The notes below the pieces were generated by a model that was not told the DNA's origin, ran no database searches, and was given only the letters and a program-made list of their open reading frames with translations. DNA of 64,000 nt from Camelus dromedarius. Lineage: Eukaryota. A program made the translations under genes and the position numbers. Below are positions 40,430 through 53,690 of the stretch, in pieces. Location: contig NC_087436.1 in the NCBI RefSeq assembly GCF_036321535.1, positions 50,346,001 to 50,410,000 of the forward strand, read 5' to 3'. The stretch's first letter is position 1; every line of letters starts with the position of its first letter.

Positions 40430-41135
40430 GAAGACAGAATTCGTGCTTTAGAAGATGTGGTTCTCCTCCAAGCTCTGAGTCAATAAACAGCTCTTTACTT
40501 CTGTGGCATTGGTACCTTCAAAACTCAGCTTCCAAGTGAGTGTGTTATCTTGAATCAAGGAAGATATGAAGGAAACAAGTTTGGGTATGTCTGATTCCTA
40601 ATTATATTCCACAGACAAGAGCTAGACCTAAATGCAAAGGAGCCAGAGAAATAGACCTTGGTTAAGTAGCTACCACTCAGCAATAACTGCACTATGCGAG
40701 GACAGCATAACCCTTTAGTGGAAGTCTAGCCCCTACCACAGATGACCCATCTCACCACCAAATATCTATGTGCACCATTTGTGTTGAACACAGAATATAC
40801 CCCTCCCCCTACACACCACTGTACACATCACAAAATGGCATGCAGTTACTGCATCCAGCTCAAAGAACAGGACATCCAGGTAGTGCGCAGCCCTCTCCAT
40901 CTGACCTGGATGGGGTTACTCTTGGGTTACTCTTGGTACTGTAATCTACAATCTAAAATGACAAGCCATCTGTCCTATCCTCCATCTAATGTATAATGAT
41001 GGAGAAGGGACAGAATAATCATAATTACAAACAAATTCAGAAAAAGGAAGAATGGGACACACAGAGCAGGCACTGGTTTTTAGTAATGATAAAATCCTAG
41101 AGGAAAAGTATTGTGTGTACCTGGCAGTGGAGTAT
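40430..41135 (-). mobile_element. Possible old MLT LTR/internal remnant
   Basis: tataatgatggagaagggacagaataatc...aaaaggaagaatgggacacacagagcaggcactggt resembles antisense MLT-int. Confidence 0.4.
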
Positions 41136-42299
41136 GTCAGTATCTGATTTTAATGAACATCATATCTGAAAACACATGCATCACAAACATATGTATAGAA
41201 TCAAATGGATGTTAAAATACAAAATCAGAAAAAAATACTCCTTATGAGTATAAGCATACAAAATAATTAATAATTACATTTATTTTTCACCAATTATGCA
41301 GAAGTTTTCCTTTAATATTCTGGTCTGCAATTCAATCATTTATGCTTACATACTGAAAGGTACTGTACTTTCTTAGGTTATTAACAAATATTTTAATATT
41401 TCCTGTAAACATTGAAGAATAAAACTTCTATTATAGAAGATTAAAATATTTCAGAAAATTTTATTTTTAGATTTTGTAAGTATGCATATAAGAAAGATTG
41501 TATAGAAAGTAGCCTTCTTTGTCTTTGGGTTATGGGAAACCTTCTTTCAGTCTTGGGGCTCCAAATTCATAGTGAACCAAAATCAAGCAACCGCTTTGAA
41601 AGTTCTTTTGACCCCGAGTATGAAAACTAAAGTACACATGCTAGCTGTTCTCTCCAGGCTGCAAAATCTATCACCCCATCTCAAGTTTAAAGAGATGGCT
41701 GCTTCTTCTCCATGGCTTAACTTCTCTTAGATTTCACCTCCTGACTTTTCTCAGGAATCAAAGGAACTTCTGCAAATCTGAATCAGCCATTTCCCTTTTA
41801 TGCCCATCAGAGTCCACGGAGATCGTGGTCAAGTATAAAATGTGGTCCATGTATCTCATATGATAACAGAAGAGCAGAATATTAAGGATAGCCCTGTATG
41901 GATAAAAGTGAAAGCAACTAAAAAATACCTAATCATCATATACTTGCTTTGCTAATACTCTTCAGTGATCACATGAAATTTCATTGTTCAAAATGGGGTT
42001 GAGACAACTGTAATGTTTTGATTTATTATTATGATCATCCTCTGAAAATGTGAGTGTGCATATGACTGTTAGGGCATAGAACATTCACAATAGTCCATAA
42101 TTTTATTCCAAGGACATAAGATTTCCCTTCCATGTAGACTTAGAGATTGCTTAACTTATTCCTCTTATTTTGTCTGTTTTCAACAGAAAACATTTGCGTG
42201 AAGGCAAGAGGAAACTATGTCCAATTTAGTAAGAAATTTTTTAAAGTTAATGCTTTCAGCAAATAAAATTCATCATCATCTTCAATCAGCCTCATGCTC

Positions 42300-42535
42300 T
42301 TTATTACCTATAGATAGCACTTAGTCTATATTTTTAAGTCACATATAGTACATTAATTTTTACACAAACTTATGGGGTATTATCCCTAAATGTATTTATT
42401 AATAAGTTAATTAAATTAATTTAATAAAGAAATTAGGACACAGATATTTCAAGCATCTTGCCCAAATTACACAGCTTGCTACTGGCGAAAGTAAGGTTTG
42501 AACTCAGGAGGTCTGACTCCAGAAGTTACCTATGC
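42300..42535 (-). mobile_element. MIR SINE
   Basis: cttgcccaaattacacagcttgctactggcgaaagtaaggtttgaactcaggaggtctgactccaga. Confidence 0.8.
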
Positions 42536-43071
42536 CTTTGACTAGTAGATTGTGAGATCCAGCCACATGAACTTGGTGAAGTAAAGGCTATATAGGTCTG
42601 TCTCTGACTCTGATAATAACCTTAGGAAACAAACAATCCTGACACATTCTGATATTTTAATCTTTAAAATGTGGATAGTATACATTTCATTTGGTGGTTC
42701 TGAAGAGGATGAACTACTACCTCCAAACATTTCAAAACATGCAGTATTTCAGAGAAGTTCCTGACCAGTTAGGTGCTAAGATGTTTTATGAGGTCTAGTT
42801 ATCCTGATGTATAAATGTCAGTCCTAGTTCTTACTCTAAGTCTGGAGTATCCCAGGACTGACTCCAAATCAGAACAGCAAAGTAATGTTAGCAAAGCTCA
42901 CAGAAAACTTGCAAATATATCAGAATATTGACCAACTAGCATATTAACTTCCTACATGGAAAAACAATTATTGATGAACATAGAATCAGAACAGGGGTTA
43001 TAATACAGTCACTTTTTTTTTACAGGTTTTCTCTATTTTTACTTGGACAATTCTTATTTATGACTAAGATG

Positions 43072-43395
43072 CCATTGATTAATACAGCATCAATAATTTT
43101 GAATGTATCTTGTTGAATTCTCATAATGCTAAGCCTCAGTTACATTTGCCAAAAGATCATTTCACTACAATATAATAAATGATTAAAGAATATATTTATA
43201 AAGTACTTTGGGAACAGTCTAGGGAGAGTACCTGTGTCTACCTGGAAAAATTGGGAGGAAAGAAGAGATATATAGAGAATAACTTTCATAGAAGAGATGA
43301 TGCTTGGGTTGAATCCTGAAGGATAAATAGGGATTCTCCAAAGAGAAGAAAAAGTCAAAGATAGAAAACAGAGTATACATGGCCAAGGAGGCCTA
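43072..43395 (-). mobile_element. L2 fragment
   Basis: aactttcatagaagagatgatgcttgggttgaatcctgaaggataaatagg. Confidence 0.65.
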
Positions 43396-44614
43396 AATGA
43401 TCCACAAATTTCTCTCACTAATTGCTAAATTATTTTCCAAGTTAAAAGAAAAAAACAAACTAATGGTACATCATCAGGGAACTCTAAAATTATCTTGAGG
43501 TGTGACAATGCCAAATAATAAACTACTTCTGCCAGACAGAGCCAGTTACCTTTTATAATATCAATTTCGAATCACACAAACAAAGTGCTCACACCCTCTT
43601 CACAGTCTCCTTTTCTTCCAGCCATACATCAAAGTCATAAGACACTAATCTGATTACAAATGATCAAAGCCTTTCCTGTCTGTAACATTTCAAAAGAAAC
43701 TCAATGTACAGTGTGTTCCCTGAATCATTAAAGGCAGTGAAAATAATTTTTTTATTATTTTACACTATTTGTACAAACTGTTGAAGCTATTGGGTACATA
43801 ACATTTTATTTTGACCAACACTAATGCAGTCATTTTTATTTTAGGAAGACTAAAATATAAAATATTTAGCTTGGTTTTATTATCATTTAATGTTTAAGAC
43901 AGATGTGTTTACTCCATGTCAGAGACTAATTTCTTAAGTTTAGGGATGAAATAAAGAAAAAGATGAGGGTCCAGTGTTAATGGAAAGATGAAGGGTTCAG
44001 GGTACAGGGAAGAAATGTATAGAAATCACTAATGGAGTGACATCAAGTTCAGAGGGAGTTAAAGTTGGAATGAGGATCATGTATGGAGTAAAGGCAATGG
44101 ACCCAAGTCAAAATGCCTTGTCTCAGAAGCTTTTCTACTTTTCATGAGTAGATTACTAATACTCATGTCCATGGAATAACAGAAAGAAAGAAAAAAAAAA
44201 AACTCTGAAGCACTACTCCATCACCAACAAAATTTTCCCATATTTGCAATTTATTAATATTTAACATATATATGCAATTTTAAAATAATTACAAAGATAG
44301 AGATGATAGATGATTGACAGACAGACAGATAGATAAAATAACTTTGATACAGAACTGTACATTAACTAGGGGAGTCCTTCTTGGAATTACTATCTTTAAG
44401 TCAATATTACAGTTCAAACCAAGTAGATTTTTTTTAAAGGGTGAAATTCAACACAGAAGTTTAGCAATACACACTAATATTTTGAACAAAATCATCCCAA
44501 TAATCTGTCCTAGGCATAAGGAAAAATGAAAAAAAAATTTGGAATGGATTTTGTCCTTATATTTACTGCTAAGTGAAATCCTTCCATTTCCACTTAAGAC
44601 TGAGAAGAGAACAA

Positions 44615-45060
44615 TAAAAATATTCATTGTTTCCTCACATTGTACCAGCAGTTGTGCCAGGCACTTGAAATATCATTAAGAACAAAATAGAGACCAAAAC
44701 GTCATAAAACTTAGAGTCAAGTGATGGAGATAGTAATTACATAGATATGCATTTAATTATTACCATGGAAGAGTTTTGAAGGAAAAATTCACAATGAGAA
44801 TTTTTAGCAGAGAAATATGACCTCATCTGAGAGGACAAGGAGGATTTCCTGAAAAAGAGACATTTAAACAAAATCTAAGGTGATCCTGATTGAGATTTTC
44901 CAGAAGAAAATGGGAGATTCTTTTTTCAGGCAGAGATAAAAGTGTATGCAAATGCTCTGAAGCAGGAACTTGTCTTGCTTGTGAAACTAAAAGAAAGTTA
45001 TCAAGCCTCCAGAGTAAACATTGAGGGAGTATGACAGGAGAGGAAGGCAGGGCCATGTGC
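44615..45060 (-). mobile_element. L2 fragment
   Basis: ggaggatttcctgaaaaagagacatttaaac...caggcagagataaaagtgtatgcaaatgctctgaagcagga. Confidence 0.7.
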
Positions 45061-45424
45061 TGGTCGCTATACCTCTGCCTGCTGTGACTTCTCAGGTGAC
45101 TAAGTACTTACCTTATAGGACCCACCCCACAAATTCTTATATTGGCCTCTGAAAGAGAGATGAGACTAACATCCTGTGGAAGGAGACTCCATGATTATTT
45201 ACTGTATCCATGTGCCTTAGATTCTATAGGAGATTTGTTTTTGTTGTTGTTAACCTAAATAATAACTAGAGGCTAGAGACCAGGAGACACTACTTGTTTC
45301 AATGAAATTTAAATGCGGAGCAACAAAGGATTTCCAATGTTCTCTCCATCTCTCACAACTCCACAGGGACTCTCTTGTCATGTTTATCATGTTGTAAATC
45401 CAATGATAATTTATCTTACAAGAC

Positions 45425-47112
45425 AACTCAAGAGCATTTGTCATAAGTGATCACTTTCTTCTTGGAATACTTCTCTTGGATCAAGACACTTCAACCTCCT
45501 GGTTTTCTTCCTATCTCACCAGCAACTCTTTCTAGTCTACTTGACTGACACTCCTTTCAACGTGGAAATGTATCCAAAGCTAAGTCCTGGGCCCCTTTCT
45601 CTTCTCTATCAATATACTCTCCCATCCAGACCTATCACTTTAAATATCTGTATCTCCTAAATTACTACCTCCAAATTAGCCATCTCACAATTCTAGGTGT
45701 GTATATTCAACCTGACATCTCCACTTGTATGGAATCTTCACACAAAGATCTCAAACATAATATGATCACAGGGAACTTGATTTTCCCCCTGTATTATAAG
45801 ATCTAAAATTTCAAGTGCTGCCTTGACATCTTTGAGCTTCACAGGGCCTCAGAGGTCTAGCTGTGAGTTCCCTGTTCTTGCCAGAAATGCCCCACCCAGC
45901 AGGAAATGTTTCCCATCTGATTAGTTCCTTATCAGATGAACCAGCTGCACCCCACCTGGTCCTCAACCTAACAAATTCACCTCACTGCCAACCCATAAAA
46001 TTATTTAAGCAATGTAAGCATACTATCCTGCAGGAACCAGAGAGCAGCTCACCCTTCTGTTACTACAAGGCCTGCCTTCCACAGCTTCTTCTTCTTCACT
46101 GTGCTGTGCAATACCTGTTAGGCCTAGAGTAGCATGTGGTACCCTCTTCCCCTGGGCTGTAAGAATATATGATTAATTAACTGCTGTCGATCTCATCCGT
46201 CCACTGTCAGGTGTTGTATGTTTGATCATCTCCTATAATTTAGGGCACAGAATCTCTCTATCACCTACGGGATGAATAGGAGGTGGTCATATTCTTCTGA
46301 TCAATATTTCAATATTTAGTGCTATCATCCAACAAGTTGCTTAAGCCAATAAGCTGTCTTTTCTTTTCTTTCCCTCTTATCCACATTTAATCAGTTTGAA
46401 AGTCCCATCAACTCTGCCCCAAAAATGTAACCCAAAACTATCTGTTTCTTTCCAACTGCATTACCTCCAGTATTTAGCTAACATTATCTCTCACCTATAT
46501 CTCCACAGTGATCCCTTAGCTGGACCCTCAGCCTTTAATCTTACTGTGAAAAATTCATTATTCACACAGAATCCAGTTTTTAAAAACTCCAGTCGTTTCC
46601 ATCACACTCAAAATATAAATTCTTTTTCTGGTTTACGAACTCTTAAATGATTTATTTCTGCCTGCCTCCCTGATTCATCTTGCCTTATGCTTCACATCAC
46701 CCACCCTGTTTCAACCACAGAATTAAATTCTTCGTCTGACCCTAGAATTCTTGCCTTCGGGCTTTTAAATGAGTTGTTCTTTCTTCCTGGAAAGAGCTTC
46801 TTTCTGCTTTTGTCATGGCTGACTAATTATTGTTAACCAGATCTCAGTTAAAATGATATCGCTTCTTAGATATATTCCCTGATCTCTCAATCTCTATCAT
46901 ATCACCTTCTTTTAATTTTCTTCATATATTTACTACTATCTGACATCTTTCTAGTTTATTTGTTCATTTACTTGATGTCTGTTTCCCCTCCCAGACTGGA
47001 AGCTGATAAGAGCAAGTACCTGGGCTGGCTTATTCACCAATGCTATCTCAGTATCCAGGGCCACGCCTGATATAATGTATAATGGTTAAAAGAAGAAATT
47101 AATGAAGCAAAG
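45425..47112 (+). mobile_element. L2 LINE remnant interrupted by an LTR
   Basis: L2 motifs before 45790 and after 46292. 3' end ccagactggaagctgataagagcaag...ttattcaccaatgctatctcagtatccag. Confidence 0.8.
45790..46292 (+). mobile_element. Solo LTR (ERVL class, MER54/MER74-like), about 500 bp
   Basis: Starts TG and is compositionally distinct inside the L2. Contains gtgctgccttgacatctttgagc and ctgctgtcgatctcatccgtccactgtcaggtgttgtatgtttg. Confidence 0.65.
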
Positions 47113-47119
47113 GAATGCA

Positions 47120-47320
47120 GTTGTTAAAGCATTAAGTATTAACATAGGCCATTCTTCAAATCCCACTAGCTGTGTGATCTTTCTGAATCTTAGTTTTCCT
47201 CTGTAGAATGGGAATAGTAACTGTTCCACAGGGGGTTCCCAGGAATTAAATTAGATGTCACGAGTTTTATGATTCTAAATAATTTTTAAATGCAGTACCT
47301 ATATAATAATAAAAAAAATT
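47120..47320 (+). mobile_element. MIR SINE
   Basis: ttcaaatcccactagctgtgtgatc...ctgaatcttagttttcctctgtagaatgggaatagtaa. Confidence 0.75.
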
Positions 47321-48159
47321 ATTAAACAGACATGGTCTGCTTCAGTCAGCTTCTAATAAGTCTTGAGACAACACACAGACAAAGGAAGGAAAATCAGAAT
47401 TATAAAATTCCAATTCACTTAGAGACAGTTTTTTAAAGACTGAAAAGAAATTGTATAACTTCCTTGTCAGCGTCTAGCCAAAATCCATTCATCAAATTAT
47501 AGCAAAGTAAGCAAGCTATAAATAAGAAGCACGTAAGAGAGAAAGCCTTCCCTTTACACTTTAGTTGACCGAGTTGTAAGTTTATTGTGTATCTGAAATA
47601 ATATCTCTCAAAATATGTTTAACCTCAGTAAAATTGTGTAGAAATATACAAAAGTCATAGTGCCATAGTGCCACATCGAAAATTTATATAGATGCTGGTA
47701 TCACAACAGTAAAGCAAATTAAAATGCACTTTTAAAAAGCTGAAACACAATTTAACTTGCCTTACCTTTTTGAGCTACAAATGCTATATGTTCTACATTA
47801 TTGAGAAATGATCATAATATGTATCTAACAAAAGTTGTTAACAAGAGGAAACTAATTTTATCATGAAACATGATTCTCTCTACAGATTTGTGTATAACTC
47901 TGAAACCAAACAGTTGTTAGAAACAGGAATTGAGCATTTTTCCCCAAATCATCCCCCTTCACAACATCTCCAACATATAACATATGATGTACTGTATGAT
48001 TCTAGAAGGAACTCTATATTAGGTGATAAGATTATGTCAAGTCCAATAGCTCACCACCAAAAATAAAATCCCAACATTGGACCCAAGACTTTAAGTAACA
48101 TTTGAAAGCACCCATGGATCTTCTTTTGCCATATGAGGTTTGAAATTTGTTATTTCAAG

Positions 48160-48578
48160 TTCTGTATAGTACTCCATTGTTCTATGGTTGAACACTGGGG
48201 TATTTCCAGTGTTAAGCCATTACAAAGAGTAATGCTACAAAATATTCTTATATTTGTATCTAGGTGCCTTTATCATAAAGTTGTAAGGCATAGGTAAGTT
48301 CAGCTTTAAAAGGTACTGCCAAACAGTTTTCAAAAGTGGTTGCATTAATTTATACTCCCACTGGCAGTCTACAAAACTTCATGATGCTCCAGGTCCTCAA
48401 CCACTTTTGGACTGTCTGTGTTTTTCACATTAGCTGTCCTGTCAGGAGTGAAATAAGCTATATTACTGTTTTAATTCGTATTTTAGTGATGACTAATGAA
48501 GTTGAGTACCTTTTAAAAAATGTATTGGTCATAGAGACCTATTACTTTATCAAAAGCTGGCTTGAGTCTTTTGCCCAA
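48160..48578 (-). mobile_element. Old L1 (L1ME-like) fragment
   Basis: actgccaaacagttttcaaaagtggttgcattaatttatactcccactggcagt...gatgactaatgaagttgagtacc. Confidence 0.8.
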
Positions 48579-49587
48579 CTCCTAGAAGAAAACAAAGGCA
48601 CAATGCTCTTTAACATTAAATCACAGCAATATTTTTTTAGCTCTGTCTCCTAAGACAAAGGAAACAAAAGCAACAATAAACAAACAGGACCTAATTAAAC
48701 TTAAAAGCTTTTGCATAGCAAAGGAAACCATTGACAAAACAAAAAGACAACCTACAGAGTGGGAGAAAATCTTTGCAACTGATATGACTGATAAGGGGTT
48801 AATATTCAAAACATATAAACAGCTCACATATGTCAATATCAAAAACAAAGAACCCAATTAAAAAATGGGCAGAAGGCCTAAACAGATATTTTATCAAAGA
48901 AGATATACAGATGGCCAAGAGGCAAATGAAAAGATGTGTAACATCACTAAAAATCAGACAAATGTAAATTAAAACCACAATGAGATATCACCCTCTATCT
49001 GTCAAAATGGCTATTATCAAATAGACAAGAAATAACAAGTGGGATTTCAAGAATGGCCTCTATTAATCCAAACTTTATGCTTTAACAACTGCATTTCTTT
49101 GCTTCTTTCATTTGTTCTCTATATGGGTAAGAGAACAAATGAAAAAGAACACAGATAACAAATGTTGGCAAGGATGTGGAGAAAAGGAACCTTAGTATAC
49201 TGTTGGTGAGTGTAAATTAGGGCAGCTATTATGAAAATCAGCATGGAGTTCCCTCAAAAACTAAAAATAGAACTATCATATGATTCAGCAATTCCACACC
49301 TGAGTATACATCCAAATAAAATGAAAACATTAATTTGAAAAGATAAATGAACCCCAATGTTCATAGCAGCATCATTTACAATAGTCAAGATGTGGAAGCT
49401 GCCTAAAGTGGCCATTAACCAATGAATGGATAAAGAAGATGTGATATATAAATATATGCATGTGTGTGTGTGTGTGTATAACTCAACCATAAAAAAATAA
49501 AATTTTGCCATTTGCAACAACATGGATGGACCTAGAGAGTATTATTATGCTTAGTGAAAATAAGTTAGACAGAGAAAGACAAATACA
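48579..49587 (+). mobile_element. Younger L1 fragment (ORF2 C-terminus into 3' UTR) with a ~100-bp internal insert
   Basis: gacctaattaaacttaaaagcttttgcatagcaaaggaaacc...gacaacctacagagtgggagaaaat...gcaacaacatggatggacctagag...gacagagaaagacaaatac. Confidence 0.95.
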
Positions 49588-50786
49588 CCTGTGAACCAAC
49601 TTTAGGACCATCTACATACGAGCTTCTGATTAAAGAGACTTAAAATGATCATTATGCTTTAAGACAACATTAATCAGGTTCTCTATTACTTGAAGCCAAA
49701 TGCATAACTGTGTATCATACCTGATACACAACCATTTTTCTTTTCTGAGAGATCTGGGCATTAAATTTTGAAAACTCTGATAGAAATCTATGTCTGAAAT
49801 AGGAAAAATTATAACATCAATCTCACTTTTCAATGCTAGAGAGCAGTTTTATTGGAGGAAAATAAAATTTAAAGATTGTCAACATATCAATTAATTTATC
49901 CTCCAGAAAAATATCTAAATAAAAGTTACAGTAGGTGGTTTCAGAGAAAACGGATGTATCAAAAATCACAAAATTATAGGCATGTAAAATTCAGAGCACT
50001 AAATTCCAGAGCTCCTAACTCCAATGAACTGATACTAATTAATCAAAGTCATCTGAGGATGCCCCAATCTGAATTAAGACTTTCTGTTCTTTGTAGATTA
50101 ATTTATCGCTTTTCACTCAGATCAGTATTACATTAAATATATACTAAAGCAATTTTTACTAAATGGCTTATATGACAGCCTCTTAAGCAGATGTGGTCAA
50201 TTATAGTTTTACTATACAGAGATTAATGTTCTAAAATTAAACTTTTAATAACTGCAAATATAATTATTTCATTGTATTTAATCAAGTTAATTCAGTAATT
50301 ATTTTCTTCACAGAAAGTTAAAAGTTATTACTTTAGGTAATTATAACTTTTAAGAAAGTAACTTAAAAGCCTACATATTGATCTGAGCTGATACAGATTA
50401 CCATGTGCTTCCCTAGATAACTTTATTCCACAAAAGGTATAATTGTGATATGAGAAGATGATTGCTAGGAAAAATAGCTTTTTGTCACTTTCAACTTAGT
50501 GTAAATCTAAAGAGATTGGGGGAAAGATGTAGTTTACCAACAGCCTTTGGGAGAGATAAAAACTAGGCAGTTGAGGTGCCATGGAAAACCTAGAGTTGGA
50601 ATAAAGTTTCAAATACTATTTGATGCCTAGTCAGAGCTTTTCTGGATTAATTTTAGATATTCAAGGATACAGCAGGGATATTTATGAAGTATAATGAGTC
50701 AAGTTATAGAAAGCCACTAAACTTAAATATCCATATCATTCACCAAAGCTTGAAACTAGGACTGACATAGACTCTATCCCCAATTA

Positions 50787-50793
50787 GTGTGTA

Positions 50794-50867
<74 letters not shown>
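50787..50867. repeat. Compound microsatellite (GT)n followed by perfect (TA)31
   Basis: Seen directly: gtgtgtatgtgtgtgtgtg, then TA repeats at 50806-50867. Confidence 0.97.
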
Positions 50868-50870
<3 letters not shown>

Positions 50871-52064
50871 TTGTTTTGGTAACTTGAAGTTGCTACTATT
50901 CAGAAAAGGAGGAAGGGCTGAAGACTATCTTGAAAGTCATTTTTTTTTCTTGAGTTCTAGAGGGGTGTATGGTTAGCTTTTATGTACTCAATACTACATA
51001 GTAAGTATCTTAATCCCATCAAGTGGAAATCAAAGTTAAATCACATTATGAGTCAGCAGATGGTCAGGCTGCTGAGGAGCTAAGGCTTCATGGTGAAGCT
51101 TAACTTGGGTTCTGACCACAAATGTGGTAAATAACGAATTTGCCAGAGAAGAGGGGACGACAGCAAGAATAAGCATGGAGAATTTGGAGAAAACTGCAAT
51201 TAGAGTTTGTTTTCTTTGAGTAAAGGATTTAAACATGGGAACAGCCTTGATTTTGAGCCTTAAACCCTAATCTGATGTCTTACATGGTTGACTTTGGCTG
51301 AATCTAGCAGAAATCATTTTCATCCTTTTTCCCTGAAAGAACAAATTAGAGCACAATGTGAGCAACTGACACTTTTGCTCTCATTTGTCAGACAGGGCCT
51401 CTTTTTGGCCCTTCTTGGACCCCTGCAGCTAAAGACTTCCCAAGTAGAAGTTATCCTGAGCCAAAATGTTACTTTTCCTACAAGAAGAGATAATAACAAA
51501 ATAGCTATTTTCAAGGCTAAAACTGTTAAGCATTATATAATTTCACTAATTCTAATTTAAGGAGCTCCATGCAATGGAACTTGAATAAAAATGAAGCAGG
51601 CTTATATTATTACAAATTTTGAGTACTTTGAGTTAAATAAGTCCCAAGATAAGCCCTCATTATGACTAAACGTGTACTGCAGGGTCTTGAACCAGGCCTC
51701 AAGACATTAAGGTGAAAAATAATATAGTCTCCACAACAAAAAATCCAATATACATAACTTGATGAAAATCTTCACACTCCTTATGATTATAAAAGAAAAT
51801 TTTGCAGCATTCTTTTGGGTGCCAAAACCAGTGCCTGTGTCCATGCTTGAAGTCTGTACTAACCTGGAAATCAGGGGCATATATTTCCCATAGCTATACT
51901 GCTTGCAGCTCATGGAACCCACCCTTGGAACTCTGCTCTTCCTTCTAATCCTATCCCACAGCCAGCATAGTCCTCATTATTTTAATTCTCTTATTCTTCT
52001 TATTATCAGCATATGATTGGTATAGAGAAAAAAATTCAAGTCAAGGAGAATATGCATGAGGCAC

Positions 52065-52212
52065 AGGCACTCTGGAAAACAGTTGGCAGTTTCTTATAAA
52101 GTTAAAACACACTTATTATATGACTCAAAAATCCCACTCCTGGTTGTTTGTGCAAGAGAAATAAACTTCTGCTCACACACACACAAACACAACACACACA
52201 CACATACACACA
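52065..52212 (+). mobile_element. L1 fragment ending in a (CA)n tract
   Basis: cactctggaaaacagttggcagtttcttataaagttaaaacacacttattatatgactcaaaaatcccactcctgg. Confidence 0.8.
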
Positions 52213-53303
52213 AACGTCAAGATCTCATCCTAGACAGCAGTTTCATGAAGTCCTATTTGGGGTCCACTGCCCAATGTGGTCATCTCACAGGACACTGGGA
52301 AGACCAGAACAGAACTATCATAAGCTTATTGGTAGTTACAGAGATTATAAATGTGGCTTTTCTCGTTTGTTTGAGTCCTAAGAGACTCAAAAAGCAGCTA
52401 ATGTTCTCAAATAGGTTTTAAATCAGATTTGCTTTAGAAATTGAGCCTAGTGAAGCGTTTCCCTGAAAAACAAACTCTCAGAGCAGAACAGACCAATAGC
52501 TTGCTCCAGACGGTTTCCTAGAGAGATCAAACCCAGAGTTTTAATTTTTTTAGCCTGAGTACATTTATCTCTCTGGTTTGCAAGAGAATTCTGTAAAACT
52601 CAACTATTGTAAATAAAGATAGAAGGGTCTTAAAGATAATTAAAATAGTATCCTTTTAGAAATTATATAACCTAATCCTTGATTCTTTGACATTTATCCA
52701 GTTCTGTAACATTTTATTCATGCAGAGTGACAGACTTAGTTTTAAGTTTGGTTTGTTTTGCTTTAATGTGAGTTTGTCTTCTAACTTCTTTTATCTTTTC
52801 CAGTTTTTCCCTTTGTGAGTTATCTACACGTCAATGAAAATTAAGTATGTTTGTATATTTAGAAGATAAGGAGGAACAAATTTATGATCAAATTTGCAAT
52901 TAAAGAATATAAAATAGATCTTTTCTTGCTTTCTCAAAATTTTAGCCAGTGCTTCAAAGCTGGAGAAAATCGCTGATGCATTATGAGAAGCTCATTGGAC
53001 TTAATAAGAGCTACCAAAATTAGTCCTTCAACCAATTCAGACGACACAAAAATTAAGGAAACCCATATAAGTAGAGAGCATTATGGTAGTTACCCTTCCT
53101 GAGGGAGAGTGGAGTGGAAGTTAAGTGGTGCTTAACTTTCCTCCTCAAGCTGAGTTGGAGGAGGGAAAAGAAAACTCATGGAATTTGCATGTCTATCTGC
53201 AATAGAAGAGACCAGAATTTCAGATTTATGAGGTCTCCTCTTCATTCATACCAGTGAAATCATGGAAACCCGGTGAATGATGCTCTTATCTCAAGCTCCT
53301 CTT

Positions 53304-53333
53304 TGACGTCAGCTGATCATGGTGTGGCAGCTG
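53304..53333. promoter_or_regulatory. Perfect CRE (TGACGTCA) overlapping an E-box, plus a second E-box: candidate distal element
   Basis: TGACGTCA at 53304-53311, CAGCTG at 53310-53315 and 53328-53333. Motif evidence only. Confidence 0.3.
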
Positions 53334-53451
53334 AGTGATGGAGCATTAGTGATCCAAAGTTGAATCCCTCTGAGAAACCCAAAGCATACACTTCTAAAGT
53401 AGAAACATATTTTTTCACTTCAATCTGTTCATTGTATCTTAAATGTGCTAT

Positions 53452-53690
53452 CAGGGAGGCAGCATTATGTAGTGAATTAGAGCCCAAACTTTTTCACCAA
53501 CCACACCTGTGTTTTCATCCTTCTCTTACTAGTTACATAAACTTAGATGGCTAATAAGAACTCTGTAAACTTCAATTTACTCATTTACAAAATGTGAATA
53601 TGTTAAATTATACATAACTTAAACAGAAAGTTGTACAAGTTACTACGTGTAAAGCACTCAGCAGAAGAGAATGCACAGTTACTCTCTTGG
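53452..53690 (+). mobile_element. MIR SINE
   Basis: gggaggcagcattatgtagtg...cttactagttac...ctctgtaaacttcaatttactcatttacaaaatg...acgtgtaaagcactcagca. Confidence 0.7.

Noticed and set aside
51048..51058. ATGAGTCAGCA (AP-1/MARE-like) and other scattered TGAGTCA sites
   Set aside because: Isolated short motifs are expected by chance in 64 kb, and there is no supporting context.
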